Below are positions 8,268 to 19,397 of a stretch of 59,301 nt of DNA, piece after piece. The position numbers and the translations under genes were made by a program. This stretch comes from an uncultured Eubacteriales bacterium (lineage in GTDB: Bacteria > Bacillota > Clostridia > Oscillospirales > QAMX01), in assembly GCA_959600635.1 (NCBI GenBank), contig CAUGMN010000005.1, positions 1-59,301 of the forward strand, given 5' to 3'. Below the pieces are notes generated by a model. That model was not told the origin of the DNA. It made no database searches and worked only from the letters and a program-made list of their open reading frames with translations. The first letter of the stretch is position 1, and every line of letters starts with the position of its first letter.

Positions 8268-9131
8268 ATGAATATCAAAATCACTGAGGAATCCGACAAA
8301 AAGGTCGTCGTCTTTAAAACGGTTGGGGAGCGCGAACTGGTCGCCGATCTTTATCCGCCGCTTTCGTCGGCGGGTAAATCGCCGGTGTTTTTCTATTTTC
8401 ATGGCGGCGGCTGGAAAAACGGCTCCAAAAGCGAACCGCTGATTTTCGCAAGCCTGATCGACAGACTGCGCGCCGACGGAGTTACGCTGATCTCGGTGGG
8501 ATACCGCCGCACACGCGACGGCCTGCTCTTTCCCGTACCGGTGGACGACTGCATCGACGCGGTGCGTTTTTTCGTCAAAAACGCCGCTTTCTTCGGCTTT
8601 GATACTGAAAAATTGTTTGCCGGCGGCTCATCGGCCGGCGGCCATCTCGCGCTGATGACCGCCTTCGCACAAAACTGCTTTGGCGAGGACGCGGCGCTGA
8701 AAGGGCTTGGCTATCGGATTCAAGCCGTCGTCGATCTGTGCGGTCCGGTCGATCTCAACGACGCGCATGTCGTGCGCGGACAAAAGGAAACCGAACAGAT
8801 TCTGACGGATTTCCTCGGAGACGACAGAACGGCCCGTCCCGAGCTGTTGCGCCGCGCCAGCCCGATTACCTACATCCGGAACTGCGGCCGGGAGGCGCTG
8901 ATGCCGATCATCGCGGTGCATGGGACCGAGGACGAGCTGGTGCACCATACGCAGCCGCTGATTCTCAAAGAGATCTATGAACAGGCCGAGGTTCCCTTTG
9001 AGCTGGTCTATGTGGAAAACGGCGCGCATGCGTTCACGCAGGTCGAGGGCTGCCCGCCGCCGTCGATCGGCTATCAGGAAATTCAGGACAGAATCTACGC
9101 GTTTCTCAAAAAACACGTTCTCGACGCCTGA
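8268..9131 (+). CDS. alpha/beta hydrolase (esterase/lipase, HGGG-type)
   Basis: ATG at 8268 follows GGGGAGAG. Oxyanion motif FHGGGW and nucleophile elbow GGSSAGG. C-terminal HGTED...H. Confidence 0.8.
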   Translation: MNIKITEESDKKVVVFKTVGERELVADLYPPLSSAGKSPVFFYFHGGGWKNGSKSEPLIFASLIDRLRADGVTLISVGYRRTRDGLLFPVPVDDCIDAVRFFVKNAAFFGFDTEKLFAGGSSAGGHLALMTAFAQNCFGEDAALKGLGYRIQAVVDLCGPVDLNDAHVVRGQKETEQILTDFLGDDRTARPELLRRASPITYIRNCGREALMPIIAVHGTEDELVHHTQPLILKEIYEQAEVPFELVYVENGAHAFTQVEGCPPPSIGYQEIQDRIYAFLKKHVLDA

Positions 9132-9188
9132 GGCGCGGCGGAGCGGCTGGAAAAACGCTGTATACACAAAATCAGTCAGGAGGGCCAC

Positions 9189-9734
9189 ATGATGGAAACT
9201 TACAAAATCAACGTCGCCGGAATTGAGCGCGACTTGCCGATCGTCCCGATCAGCGAGCGGCTTTCGATCGCCGCTTTCGTCATTTTCGGGGATACGGAGG
9301 TCGTCGAGCCCTGCGCCCGCGCACTGGCCGCGAAGCTGCCGCCGGTCGACTATCTCATTACGGCCGAGGCCAAGAGCATTCCGCTGATCTATGAGATGGC
9401 GAAGGTCATGGGGATGCCGCGCTATGTCATCGCGCGCAAATCCGTCAAGGGCTATATGGCGCATCCGATCGTCACCCATGTCAACTCGATTACGACCAAG
9501 GACGAACAGATTCTCTGCCTCGACGAAGAAGACGTCGAGCGGATCCGCGGCAAGCGCGTCGCCATTGTCGACGACGTCATCTCTACCGGCGCGTCGCTCG
9601 CGGCGCTTGAAAAGCTGATCGCCGAGGCCGGCGGCGAGGTGGCCGCGCGCGCGGCGATCCTGTCGGAGGGCGACGCGAACGACCGCGAGGACCTGATCGT
9701 CCTCGGCAGGATCCCGCTCTTTTTTAAGGATTAG
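9189..9734 (+). CDS. phosphoribosyltransferase (purine/adenine PRTase-like)
   Basis: PRPP-binding motif VAIVDDVISTGAS. About 180 aa. Confidence 0.8.
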   Translation: MMETYKINVAGIERDLPIVPISERLSIAAFVIFGDTEVVEPCARALAAKLPPVDYLITAEAKSIPLIYEMAKVMGMPRYVIARKSVKGYMAHPIVTHVNSITTKDEQILCLDEEDVERIRGKRVAIVDDVISTGASLAALEKLIAEAGGEVAARAAILSEGDANDREDLIVLGRIPLFFKD

Positions 9735-9975
9735 CTCTTTTTAAGGATGAGATGAAAGGAAGCCCTGTTCTTTGACAGGAGCTGAGACATGCGCGTCGGA
9801 AAAAGAACGTTTTTCAGGGTATCTTATGGATTTCCTGAAAACGGAGGAGTTGAACGGCGCGCATGTTCCGTTTGTCCGGCGGTTCCCGCCGCATCCCGAC
9901 GGAAAACGCCTGTGAAGGCGGCGTCGGCACAGCGGAACGCACGAAAAAGACAGATTCAGGAGGATGGATACAGAT

Positions 9976-11691
9976 ATGATTCGGCGCTTTATCGCGTACT
10001 ACGCTCCCCACAAATGGATGTTCGCGGCGGATATGGCGTGCGCGCTTGTTCTCGCCGCCTGCAACCTGCTGTTTCCGATCATGACGCGGGCGATGATGAA
10101 CGACTATATCCCGAACAGAAACATGAAAATGCTGCTCATCGTCGCCGGCGTGCTCGTCTGCGCCTATATTTTCAAGAAATTTCTGAACTACTTTATCCAA
10201 TATTACGGCCATGTCATCGGCGTCAAAATGCAGGGACAGATGCGCCGCGAGATGTTTGTCAAGCTGCAAAACCTGCCCTTTTCTTTTTATGACAACCACA
10301 AAACCGGCTCGATCATGTCGCGGATGATTACCGACCTTTTCGACATCTCGGAGCTTGCGCACCACGGTCCGGAGGATCTGTTTATTTCCGCCGTGCTGCT
10401 GATCGGCTCCTTTATCGGGATGTCGATGATGAGCTTTTGGCTGACGGTCATCATTTTCGCGTTTGTCCCGCTGCTGATCTGGTTTTCAGCCGTCAAGCGC
10501 GTCAAGATGTCCGACGCGTTCAAAAAGTCGCGCGAGGAGGTCGCTGAGGTCAACGCGACGCTGGAAAACAGCATTTCCGGCATCCGCGTCTCCAAGGCGT
10601 TCTGCAACTGCGACTATGAGACCGAAAAGTTTTCGAAAAACAACCGCGCCTTTATCAAGTCGCGCGAGCAGGCGTACCGCGCGATGGCGGAGTTCCATTC
10701 CGGCAACACCATGATCATCGACTTTCTGAACGTCGTCGTCCTGGTCGCCGGCGGGCTGTTCACGTTTTATGGGCAGATCTCCGAGGGGGATTTCGTCGCT
10801 TTTCTCCTCTATGTCAACGTCTTTCTCGACCCCATCCGCCGTCTGATCGGCTTTATCGAGCAGTATCAGAACGCGATGAGCGGCTTTGAGCGCTTTCTCG
10901 AAGTCATGGACACGCCGACCGAGGCGGAAGCGCCGGACGCCGTACCGCTTGAAAACGTACAGGGACATATCGAGTTTTCCGACGTCAGCTTCACCTACGG
11001 CGACGATAAAAAGGTGCTCGACCATATCTCGCTCGACATTCAGCCGGGACGCAAGGTCGCGCTCGTCGGCCCGTCCGGCGGCGGTAAGACGACGCTCTGT
11101 CATCTGCTGCCGCGCTTTTACGAGGTCACCGGCGGCAGCGTTTGCCTTGACGGCCGCGATATCCGCAAGGTGACGTTCGAATCGCTGCGCAAATCCATCG
11201 GTCTTGTGCAGCAGGACGTGTTTCTGTTCACCGGCACGGTTTACGACAACATCCTTTGCGGCCGCACGGACGCAACCGCAGACGAGGTCTACGAGGCGGC
11301 AAAGCGCGCCAATATCCACGACTTTATCCTCGGCCTGCCCGACGGATACGACACTTTTATCGGCGAGCGCGGCGTCAAGCTGTCGGGCGGTCAGAAGCAG
11401 CGCCTCTCCATCGCGCGGGTGTTTCTGAAAAATCCGCCGGTGCTGATCCTTGACGAGGCGACGAGCGCGCTCGACAACGTGACCGAGCTCGCCGTGCAGC
11501 AGTCTCTGGACAGCCTCTGCAAGGGGCGGACGACGCTCGTCGTCGCGCACCGGCTGTCGACGGTCCGCAACGCCGACGAGATCATCGTCCTCACCGACGC
11601 GGGCGTCAAGGAACGCGGAACGCACAGCGAGCTGATAAAGAGAGACGGAATCTATGCAATGCTGTATAATACGCAGTTTGCGCAACTATAA
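9976..11691 (+). CDS. ABC transporter, fused permease/ATP-binding half-transporter (exporter type)
   Basis: ORF from 9964. The ATG at 9976 is better spaced from AGGAGG (9958-9963). Six-TM N-terminal domain. Walker A GPSGGGKTT, signature LSGGQKQR, Walker B LILDEATSALD. Confidence 0.85.
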   Translation: MIRRFIAYYAPHKWMFAADMACALVLAACNLLFPIMTRAMMNDYIPNRNMKMLLIVAGVLVCAYIFKKFLNYFIQYYGHVIGVKMQGQMRREMFVKLQNLPFSFYDNHKTGSIMSRMITDLFDISELAHHGPEDLFISAVLLIGSFIGMSMMSFWLTVIIFAFVPLLIWFSAVKRVKMSDAFKKSREEVAEVNATLENSISGIRVSKAFCNCDYETEKFSKNNRAFIKSREQAYRAMAEFHSGNTMIIDFLNVVVLVAGGLFTFYGQISEGDFVAFLLYVNVFLDPIRRLIGFIEQYQNAMSGFERFLEVMDTPTEAEAPDAVPLENVQGHIEFSDVSFTYGDDKKVLDHISLDIQPGRKVALVGPSGGGKTTLCHLLPRFYEVTGGSVCLDGRDIRKVTFESLRKSIGLVQQDVFLFTGTVYDNILCGRTDATADEVYEAAKRANIHDFILGLPDGYDTFIGERGVKLSGGQKQRLSIARVFLKNPPVLILDEATSALDNVTELAVQQSLDSLCKGRTTLVVAHRLSTVRNADEIIVLTDAGVKERGTHSELIKRDGIYAMLYNTQFAQL

Positions 11692-11794
11692 ACAGCATTT
11701 GCTTTACTCTGATAAAATGCGATAAGTCAGGGCAAACGTCGGTATGCCAATTCTGTGAAATCTGCCAAAATTGACGATATAGACAAATTTATTG

Positions 11795-11823
11795 TTGAAT
11801 CGGCGGCAAAATCGTTGTATAAT
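11795..11823 (+). promoter_or_regulatory. sigma-A promoter candidate (TTGAAT-17-TATAAT)
   Basis: Read directly, ~55 nt upstream of gdhA. Confidence 0.5.
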
Positions 11824-11857
11824 ACAATACAGGAAACTGAGCTTTCGAGCTTTATGA

Positions 11858-13225
<1,368 letters not shown>

Positions 13226-13247
13226 GCAGAGGGCTGGATCAAATCAA

Positions 13248-13286
13248 AGCGGCGGTTCCGTGTACGCGCGGAACCGCCGCTTTTTT
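13248..13286. terminator. rho-independent terminator between convergent gdhA and tyrS
   Basis: 13-bp stem AGCGGCGGTTCCG/CGGAACCGCCGCT followed by TTTTTT. Confidence 0.6.
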
Positions 13287-13379
13287 CATGGGTAAGATTA
13301 CATACCGCTTTGCACGATGTGGTCGGTGGCATACGCATGTTTCCGGAAATTGCCCGATCCCACGTATGGAATGTTTCCG

Positions 13380-14609
13380 TCACGCGCCGACCGCCGCGCG
13401 GTGGTAGATTTTTTTGCCCTTGCGGATGACGAGCCCCTCGCCGCCGCAGTCGGCGCAGCTCCACTTTTGGCCGATGTCCGTCACCTTTTCGCCGCAGACC
13501 GCAACGCCGCCCTGCTGCACCAGCCGCCGCGCTTCACCCTTGGAGGCCGCCAGCCCGCATTTGACGAGCAGGGTCAGGACGTCGATGGTTCCGTCGGCGA
13601 AATCCGCGCCGCACAGCTCCGTGCAGGGCATGTTTTCCGCCTCGCCGCCGCCGGAAAAGAGACCGCGCGCCGTCTGCTGCGCCTTTTCGGCCTCCGCCTC
13701 GCCGTGCACCATTTTCGTCAGCTCAAAGGCTAAGATCTCCTTGGCGCGGTTGAGCTCGCTGCCCTCCCAGCCGCTCATCGCGTCGATCTGTTCGAGCGGC
13801 AGGAAGGTGAGCATGCGGATGCATTTGAGCACGTCGGCGTCGCCGACGTTGCGCCAGTACTGATAGAATTCAAACGGGCTGGTCTTGTTGGGGTCGAGCC
13901 AGACGGCGTTGCCGGCGGTTTTGCCCATTTTGTTGCCCTGCGAGTCGGTCAGGAGCGTGATGGTCATGGCGTGAGCGTCCTTGCCGAGCTTGCGGCGGAT
14001 CAGCTCCGTGCCGCCGAGCATATTTGACCACTGGTCGTCGCCGCCGAACTGCATGTTGCAGCCGTAGTTCTGGAACAGGAAATAGAAGTCGTAGGACTGC
14101 ATGATCATGTAGTTGAATTCGAGGAACGAAAGCCCCTTCTCCATGCGCTGGCGGTAGCAGTCGGCGCGCAGCATGTTGTTGACCGAGAAGCACGCGCCCA
14201 CGTCGCGCAGCAGCTCAATGTAGTTGAGATTCAAAAGCCAGTCGGCGTTGTTGACCATCATCGCCTTGCCCTCGCCGAAATCGATAAAGCGCTCCATCTG
14301 GCGCTTGAAGCATTCGGCGTTGTGGTCGATATCCGCTTTGGTCAGCATTTTGCGCATATCGGTGCGGCCCGAGGGGTCGCCGATCATGGTGGTGCCGCCG
14401 CCGATGAGGGCGATGGGCTTGTTTCCCGCCATTTGCAGGCGCTTCATCAGCGTCAGCGCCATGAAATGGCCGGCCGTCAGGCTGTCGGCCGTACAGTCGA
14501 AGCCGATGTAAAAGGTGGCCTTGCCGTTGTTGATCATGTCGCGGATGTGCTCTGCATCCGTGACCTGCGCGATCAGGCCGCGCGCCGTCAGTTCTTCGTA
14601 CAGATTCAT
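13380..14609 (-). CDS. tyrS: tyrosine--tRNA ligase
   Basis: 409 aa. HIGH-type motif (LTAGH), KMGKT (KMSKS-type) motif and a C-terminal S4 domain. Confidence 0.95.
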   Translation of the reverse strand: MNLYEELTARGLIAQVTDAEHIRDMINNGKATFYIGFDCTADSLTAGHFMALTLMKRLQMAGNKPIALIGGGTTMIGDPSGRTDMRKMLTKADIDHNAECFKRQMERFIDFGEGKAMMVNNADWLLNLNYIELLRDVGACFSVNNMLRADCYRQRMEKGLSFLEFNYMIMQSYDFYFLFQNYGCNMQFGGDDQWSNMLGGTELIRRKLGKDAHAMTITLLTDSQGNKMGKTAGNAVWLDPNKTSPFEFYQYWRNVGDADVLKCIRMLTFLPLEQIDAMSGWEGSELNRAKEILAFELTKMVHGEAEAEKAQQTARGLFSGGGEAENMPCTELCGADFADGTIDVLTLLVKCGLAASKGEARRLVQQGGVAVCGEKVTDIGQKWSCADCGGEGLVIRKGKKIYHRAAVGA

Positions 14610-14925
14610 ATGTTTCTCCTTTTTCCGGCGGAGGTGTCAATAAAAAAGCCCTCCGCAATCTCAATTGCAGAGGGCGATCGGATGACCGCGGTACCACCTC
14701 TTTCACAGCCGCCTCACGGCGAACTGCCTTACGGCGTCAAAAAAACGCCCGGCGCTTAACGCGCGCGCACGGCACGGCCTACGCGGGGCGCGAAGCAAAC
14801 GCTTTCCGCCCGTTCAGCCTGCGGCTCAGGGAGGTATTTCACACTTCGCCCGCCTCCGCCTTTCACCAAACGGCGGCTCTCTGCGCGCGCGCGGAGCGCT
14901 ACTTGTTCCCCTCACAGCCTTTCGA
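14610..14925 (-). promoter_or_regulatory. T-box leader (tyrosine specifier) with terminator/antiterminator
   Basis: On the minus strand: conserved T-box GGTGGTACCGCGG (14686-14698), then terminator GCCCTCTGCAATTGAGATTGCGGAGGGC plus T6 (14648-14675). Upstream stem-I-like AGAGAG...GGTGAAA, with a candidate UAC specifier at 14834-14836. Confidence 0.85.
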
Positions 14926-14932
14926 TAATATT

Positions 14933-14960
14933 ATTATACCTGAAACGGGCGGCTTGTCAA
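14933..14960 (-). promoter_or_regulatory. consensus sigma-A promoter (TTGACA-16-TATAAT) driving the tyrS T-box leader
   Basis: Read on the minus strand. Confidence 0.6.
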
Positions 14961-15142
14961 GAGCGTTGACAAAAAAATGAAAAAGATGAACCTAAAAAAA
15001 TGAAAGTAACATATCTGTAACTCCGAGAGTGATATAATAAAGACAAAGAAGACAATATAGATTCGCTTTTAGCCCTTTGGTTCGCGCTTCATCGGAGCGG
15101 GCGCAGTGCGGAGAAAGGGCGAAAAACAAGGAGGAAGGTTTT

Positions 15143-17116
15143 ATGAAAAAACGATCGGCAAGAATCGCTCTGCTCTGTCTGGCTGTCTTCATGATCTGTT
15201 CCGCGCTGCCGCTGGCGGCTCTTGCAGCCACAGACTGGGACGTTTCAAAATCAAAGACCGCGGCCGAATTGACGCCTGATTTTGAAACGGACGTGACCCT
15301 GTCGCTGCCCGCCAAGGAGATGCCGCTTGTCTCCGACGTGGTATTTGTGCTGGATAAATCCACAAGCGCACAGGTTGAGCAGGACGCCCTTGACATGCTG
15401 CTGGATCTGCAAGCACAGGTGAAAAACACAGGCGCAAAGGTGCAGGTCGGCGTCGTCATCTTCAACAAGGTCGCGCATTCGACGGAACGCCTCTACGATC
15501 TGGCGACAGAGTATGCAGATATCGAGGCGGCGATCAGACAGGATATCAGCAGCGGCACCAATTCCCATGCCGGTCTGCTCGCGGCGCAAAAGCTCCTTGA
15601 AGAGGATACCGCGACGGACGATTCCCGAAAGTATATGATCTTTGTCAGCGACGGCATCACCTATCTGTTCTGTGAAAACGGCGATTATACGGTTCCGTAT
15701 ACCCGCTCCTATCAGTACCAAAACATCGACGGCACGTCGAAGAATTTCGGCGGTACGATGGCCGAGCTGGACGCCAGATACGGCAGCCAGTGGGCGCCGG
15801 AGGGTGGATTTACCGTATGGCTGGATAAAATCGGCTCCGAAACGGTGAAATGGAACGGCTATAACATCGAATACAACGGAGGCGCGTCCTATCCGGCTGA
15901 GACGGAAGGACTGATGCCGGATGAGGGCGTTTCCAACGTCGAAAACGCTCTTTGGCTGACCTCCGAGCTCTATAAAGACCTTGCGGCAAAATACAACTGC
16001 TATGCGATGCAATCCGGCAAAACCTCCGGCTATGCTTCATATCCGTGGGGCGAGGACTTTATGGCTTATCTGTCCGGCGGGGAAGAGGTTACCTTTGATA
16101 ACATTCAAAACGACATCGTCTATTTCCTCGACGCGGGCAGCTATGTGGTCGATGTGATCGGCGACAAGTTTGATTTCATCAACGATCCCTCCCGCATCAC
16201 GATGAAAGTCGGGGCGGAGGCGCTGACAACGGTAAAGACCGGCGAAAACGCTTATCAATTTGGCAACAGCGAAAAAGCCGACATGTTTACGATGGAGTAT
16301 TTCCCCGCGACGGAAACCGAAAAGGAGCGCTTTGTGTGGACGGCAAACGTCAAGGTCACGAATTTTGCCCCTGCGCAGCTCACCTACGGTCTGGTCCTGC
16401 CCGACCCGGAGACGCGGCCGGGAGCGTATGTGGAGGATACCAACGAGGAAGCGATTCTTTACCCCGTCGACAGCACCGGCAAGGAGGGCGAGCCCGAACC
16501 GTTTGAAAAACCAAAAGTGAACTATACGGTGACGGAACCGCCGGTCTCGTATCTCTATAAGATTGTCGCGCACTACACCAAATACGTCGACGGCGTGGTC
16601 GTCGCCGAGGGCGAGACAAGCGTCGGCCCGTATGACGGCTATCACAATCAGATCGTCTCGGCCAATCCGGACAACTACGCTGAGTACAACGGCGAAACAT
16701 ATACGTTTGTCAGCGGCGAAACGGAAATGAAACTGACGACCGCCGATTTTCTGCATTCGCTCGACCTCTACTTTGAGCTGCGCGAAACCACGCCGGCGAC
16801 CTCGACCGAGCCGCCGGAGACAGACATCACCGATCCTTCCGTTCCGCTCGATCCGCCCGACACGGAACCGACCGTGACGGAGCCGCCTGTCACTGATCCT
16901 GCCGACACGGAACCGATCGTGACGGAGCCGTCTGTCACCGATCCCGCCGTGACCGAGCCGACGGTCGATATCGATGACCCGGATGTGCCGTTGGATCCGG
17001 GCGATGATATCCCGCATACGGGCAGCCAAGATCGGGTTACTCTGCTCAGCGTCCTGCTGGTCGTATCGGCTGCCGGCATCGTTTTGGTAGCGGGAAAGTT
17101 GAAGCGGAACCGCTGA
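15143..17116 (+). CDS. cell-surface vWA (MIDAS) domain protein with C-terminal sortase-type sorting signal
   Basis: AAGGAGGA RBS and a signal peptide ending LAALAA. MIDAS DxSxS (VLDKSTS) plus SGTNSH and FVSDG. Pro/Thr-rich repeats. C-terminus is IPHTG, then a hydrophobic span, then KLKRNR. Confidence 0.8.
   Translation: MKKRSARIALLCLAVFMICSALPLAALAATDWDVSKSKTAAELTPDFETDVTLSLPAKEMPLVSDVVFVLDKSTSAQVEQDALDMLLDLQAQVKNTGAKVQVGVVIFNKVAHSTERLYDLATEYADIEAAIRQDISSGTNSHAGLLAAQKLLEEDTATDDSRKYMIFVSDGITYLFCENGDYTVPYTRSYQYQNIDGTSKNFGGTMAELDARYGSQWAPEGGFTVWLDKIGSETVKWNGYNIEYNGGASYPAETEGLMPDEGVSNVENALWLTSELYKDLAAKYNCYAMQSGKTSGYASYPWGEDFMAYLSGGEEVTFDNIQNDIVYFLDAGSYVVDVIGDKFDFINDPSRITMKVGAEALTTVKTGENAYQFGNSEKADMFTMEYFPATETEKERFVWTANVKVTNFAPAQLTYGLVLPDPETRPGAYVEDTNEEAILYPVDSTGKEGEPEPFEKPKVNYTVTEPPVSYLYKIVAHYTKYVDGVVVAEGETSVGPYDGYHNQIVSANPDNYAEYNGETYTFVSGETEMKLTTADFLHSLDLYFELRETTPATSTEPPETDITDPSVPLDPPDTEPTVTEPPVTDPADTEPIVTEPSVTDPAVTEPTVDIDDPDVPLDPGDDIPHTGSQDRVTLLSVLLVVSAAGIVLVAGKLKRNR
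16859..16966 (+). repeat. 45-bp in-frame tandem repeat (about 2.4 copies) encoding D-T-E-P-x-V-T-E-P-x-V-T-D-P-A
   Basis: GACACGGAACCGACCGTGACGGAGCCGCCTGTCACTGATCCTGCC is repeated at 16904 with 4 substitutions. A partial third unit follows. Confidence 0.6.
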
Positions 17117-17154
17117 CCGCAGAATTTTACTGAGACAAATCCTTTATAAAGCAG

Positions 17155-17185
17155 GCGCCGGCTGGAAAAAGCCGGCGCCTTTTTC
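17155..17185 (+). terminator. rho-independent terminator
   Basis: GGCGCCGGCT/AGCCGGCGCC 10-bp stem followed by TTTTT. Confidence 0.7.
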
Positions 17186-17225
17186 GGCGAAATCCCCTTG
17201 AAACTCCACTTTTTTGCGCCTGCGC

Positions 17226-17254
17226 TTGATTAACGGCTTTTTTTTTGATATAAT
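17226..17254 (+). promoter_or_regulatory. sigma-A promoter candidate (TTGATT-17-TATAAT)
   Basis: Read directly upstream of recJ. Confidence 0.45.
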
Positions 17255-17340
17255 AAAATAGAATATATAGATCATTACGACAGCTGCCGAATGGGCTTGG
17301 CGCGCCGAACCGGAGCAGTTGAAAGGGTATGGGACGATCA

Positions 17341-19392
17341 ATGGCGTTCAATGAGTGGCAAATCCGCACAGTTCAGAAAAAAATCGACGCCGAGACGGCC
17401 GCGCGCTTGTCGCTGCCGCCGCTGCTGCGGCGCTGTCTGGAAGCGCGCGGCGTGACCGGGCCGGAGGAGATTGAGGCTGCGGTCGGAAGCGGTTCGGCGT
17501 TTTTCGATCCGTTTTTGCTCCCCGACATGGAGCGCGCCGCGGCGCGGATCACAGCCGCGCTGGAAAACGGGGAAAAAATTACCGTCTACGGCGACTATGA
17601 CGTGGACGGCGTCACGTCGGCCTATCTGCTGAGCCGCGAGCTGAAACGGCTCGGCGCGGACTGCGCGATCTATATCCCCGACCGGGTCGGAGAAGGCTAC
17701 GGAATGAATATGGAGGCCGTCGAGAAAATTGCGGCCGACGGCACGCGCCTGATCGTGACCGTGGACTGCGGCGTGACGGCGGTTGAGGAAATCGCCCGCG
17801 CCTATGCGCTGGGCATGCAGGTGGTCGTGACCGACCACCATGAACCGCAGGAGGCTTTACCCGCCTGCGAGGCGGTTGTCGATCCCAAGCGGGCGGACAG
17901 TGTATATCCGTTTCGAGAGCTGGCGGGGGTGGGCGTGGCCTTCAAGCTCGCCTGCGCGCTGCGCGGCGAAAACGCCTCTGCGTTTGAGGATTACGGGGAT
18001 GTCGTCGCGCTCGGAACGGTGGCGGACGTCGTCAGCCTGACCATGGAGAACCGGCGCATCGTCTCCGAAGGGTTGGAAAAGCTTCTGTATACCCAAAACA
18101 AGGGCCTCGCCGCTCTAAACCGCGCCGCCGGCTTTTGCGACGCCGCGCACAGCGCGGTAGACGTCGCTTTTAAGCTGACGCCGAAGCTCAACGCCGCCGG
18201 ACGCATGCGCAGCGCCTATGAAGCGCTGGCGCTGCTGCAAAGCGAGACGGACGACGAGGCGGACCGCCGCGCGGCGTATCTCTGCGCGCTGAACACCGAG
18301 CGGCAGGCCGAGGAAGGGCGCGTCTCAGCGGAGGCCGAGGCGATGCTGGACGCGCGCCGCGTCGCGGAAAATCATGCCGTCGTGCTGGCGGGGGCGACAT
18401 GGAAGCACGGCGTCGTCGGCATTTCGGCGGCGAAGCTGACGGAAAAATACGGCTGTCCCGTCGTTCTGTTCGCGCCGGACGGCGAGCTGCTGCGCGGTTC
18501 GGCGCGGAGCATCGAGGGGTTTGACGTCTTTGAGGCGCTCACGCGCGCGGCCGGCGCACTGGGAACGTGCGGCGGGCATAAGATGGCAGCAGGGGTGACG
18601 ATTCCCGCCGCCTCTTTTGAAGAATTTCGGGAGCGCTTCGAGGCGGTCTGCCGGAGCGGACTGGCGGGCGGCGGACCGGTATGCGCGCTCCGAATCGACT
18701 GCGAGGTGCGGGCCGCGGAGCTTGACAGGGAAAGCGTCGCCTCGCTCAGCCGCTTGGAGCCGTTCGGCGCGGGCAACGAGCGGCCGGTCTTCTGCCTTCG
18801 CAACGCGCGCGTCGAAGAACTGATCCCGATCGGCAGCGGAAAACATCTGCGCATGGTTGTCAGCGCGGAGGGGAAGCGTCTGAGCGTCGTCGCTTTCCGC
18901 CGGCAGAGGGAGCGGTTTCGGTATGCGTGCGGCGATTTGGTCGATCTCGCATTTACCGCCGAACTCGATACATACAGAGGCGTTTCTTCGGTGAAACTGT
19001 TTCTAAACGATATTCTTCCCTGCGGCGAACGCCGCGCGAGGGAGAGCGAGGCCGTGCGGCTTCTGCGCGCGGCGACGGCCGGAGAGCGGCCGGCCGGCAT
19101 GGCGTTTCCCGACCGGCGGGTGCTCGGCGCCGTCTGGCGGAGGACGGCGGAGCTGGCGCACGGCGGCGCGATGACGCCGGCGCTGGTACACTGCGGGCTG
19201 CCCGTCGCCGTCAGCGAGGTGGAAACGCTGGTGGCGCTCACCGCTTTTGAAGAAGCGGGTCTGATCGAATGCGCCCGCTTCGGAGAGGCGGACTTCAACG
19301 GCGAAATGACGGTGCGCGTCTGCGCCGGAAACAGTCAAAAAGCGGATCTCAGCGCGACAAAAATCTACGCCGTATTGGGCGGGCAGGGGTGA
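17341..19392 (+). CDS. recJ: single-stranded-DNA-specific exonuclease RecJ
   Basis: DHH motifs (GDYDVDGVTS, TVDCG, VTDHH) and DHHA1 (GGHKMAAG). The start could also be the ATG at 17329. Confidence 0.9.
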   Translation: MAFNEWQIRTVQKKIDAETAARLSLPPLLRRCLEARGVTGPEEIEAAVGSGSAFFDPFLLPDMERAAARITAALENGEKITVYGDYDVDGVTSAYLLSRELKRLGADCAIYIPDRVGEGYGMNMEAVEKIAADGTRLIVTVDCGVTAVEEIARAYALGMQVVVTDHHEPQEALPACEAVVDPKRADSVYPFRELAGVGVAFKLACALRGENASAFEDYGDVVALGTVADVVSLTMENRRIVSEGLEKLLYTQNKGLAALNRAAGFCDAAHSAVDVAFKLTPKLNAAGRMRSAYEALALLQSETDDEADRRAAYLCALNTERQAEEGRVSAEAEAMLDARRVAENHAVVLAGATWKHGVVGISAAKLTEKYGCPVVLFAPDGELLRGSARSIEGFDVFEALTRAAGALGTCGGHKMAAGVTIPAASFEEFRERFEAVCRSGLAGGGPVCALRIDCEVRAAELDRESVASLSRLEPFGAGNERPVFCLRNARVEELIPIGSGKHLRMVVSAEGKRLSVVAFRRQRERFRYACGDLVDLAFTAELDTYRGVSSVKLFLNDILPCGERRARESEAVRLLRAATAGERPAGMAFPDRRVLGAVWRRTAELAHGGAMTPALVHCGLPVAVSEVETLVALTAFEEAGLIECARFGEADFNGEMTVRVCAGNSQKADLSATKIYAVLGGQG

Positions 19393-19397
19393 ACGAT

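Noticed and set aside
7927-9734. Possible integrated island downstream of tRNA-Gly (a classic integration hotspot).
   Set aside because: There is no integrase, no direct repeat of the tRNA 3' end and no phage or plasmid genes. The adjacent genes are an ordinary hydrolase and a phosphoribosyltransferase.
16795-16990. Repetitive DNA checked as a possible CRISPR-like or spacer-repeat array.
   Set aside because: The repeats are in-frame, contiguous and without spacers. They encode the Pro/Thr-rich stalk of the vWA surface protein.
19269-19397. Upstream extension of the relA ORF overlapping the recJ 3' end. Likewise the 21047-21637 extension of the dtd ORF overlapping relA.
   Set aside because: The extensions are Arg-rich nonsense overlapping better-supported genes. 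Internal starts with good RBS (GTG 19398, ATG 21638) give proteins of canonical length.
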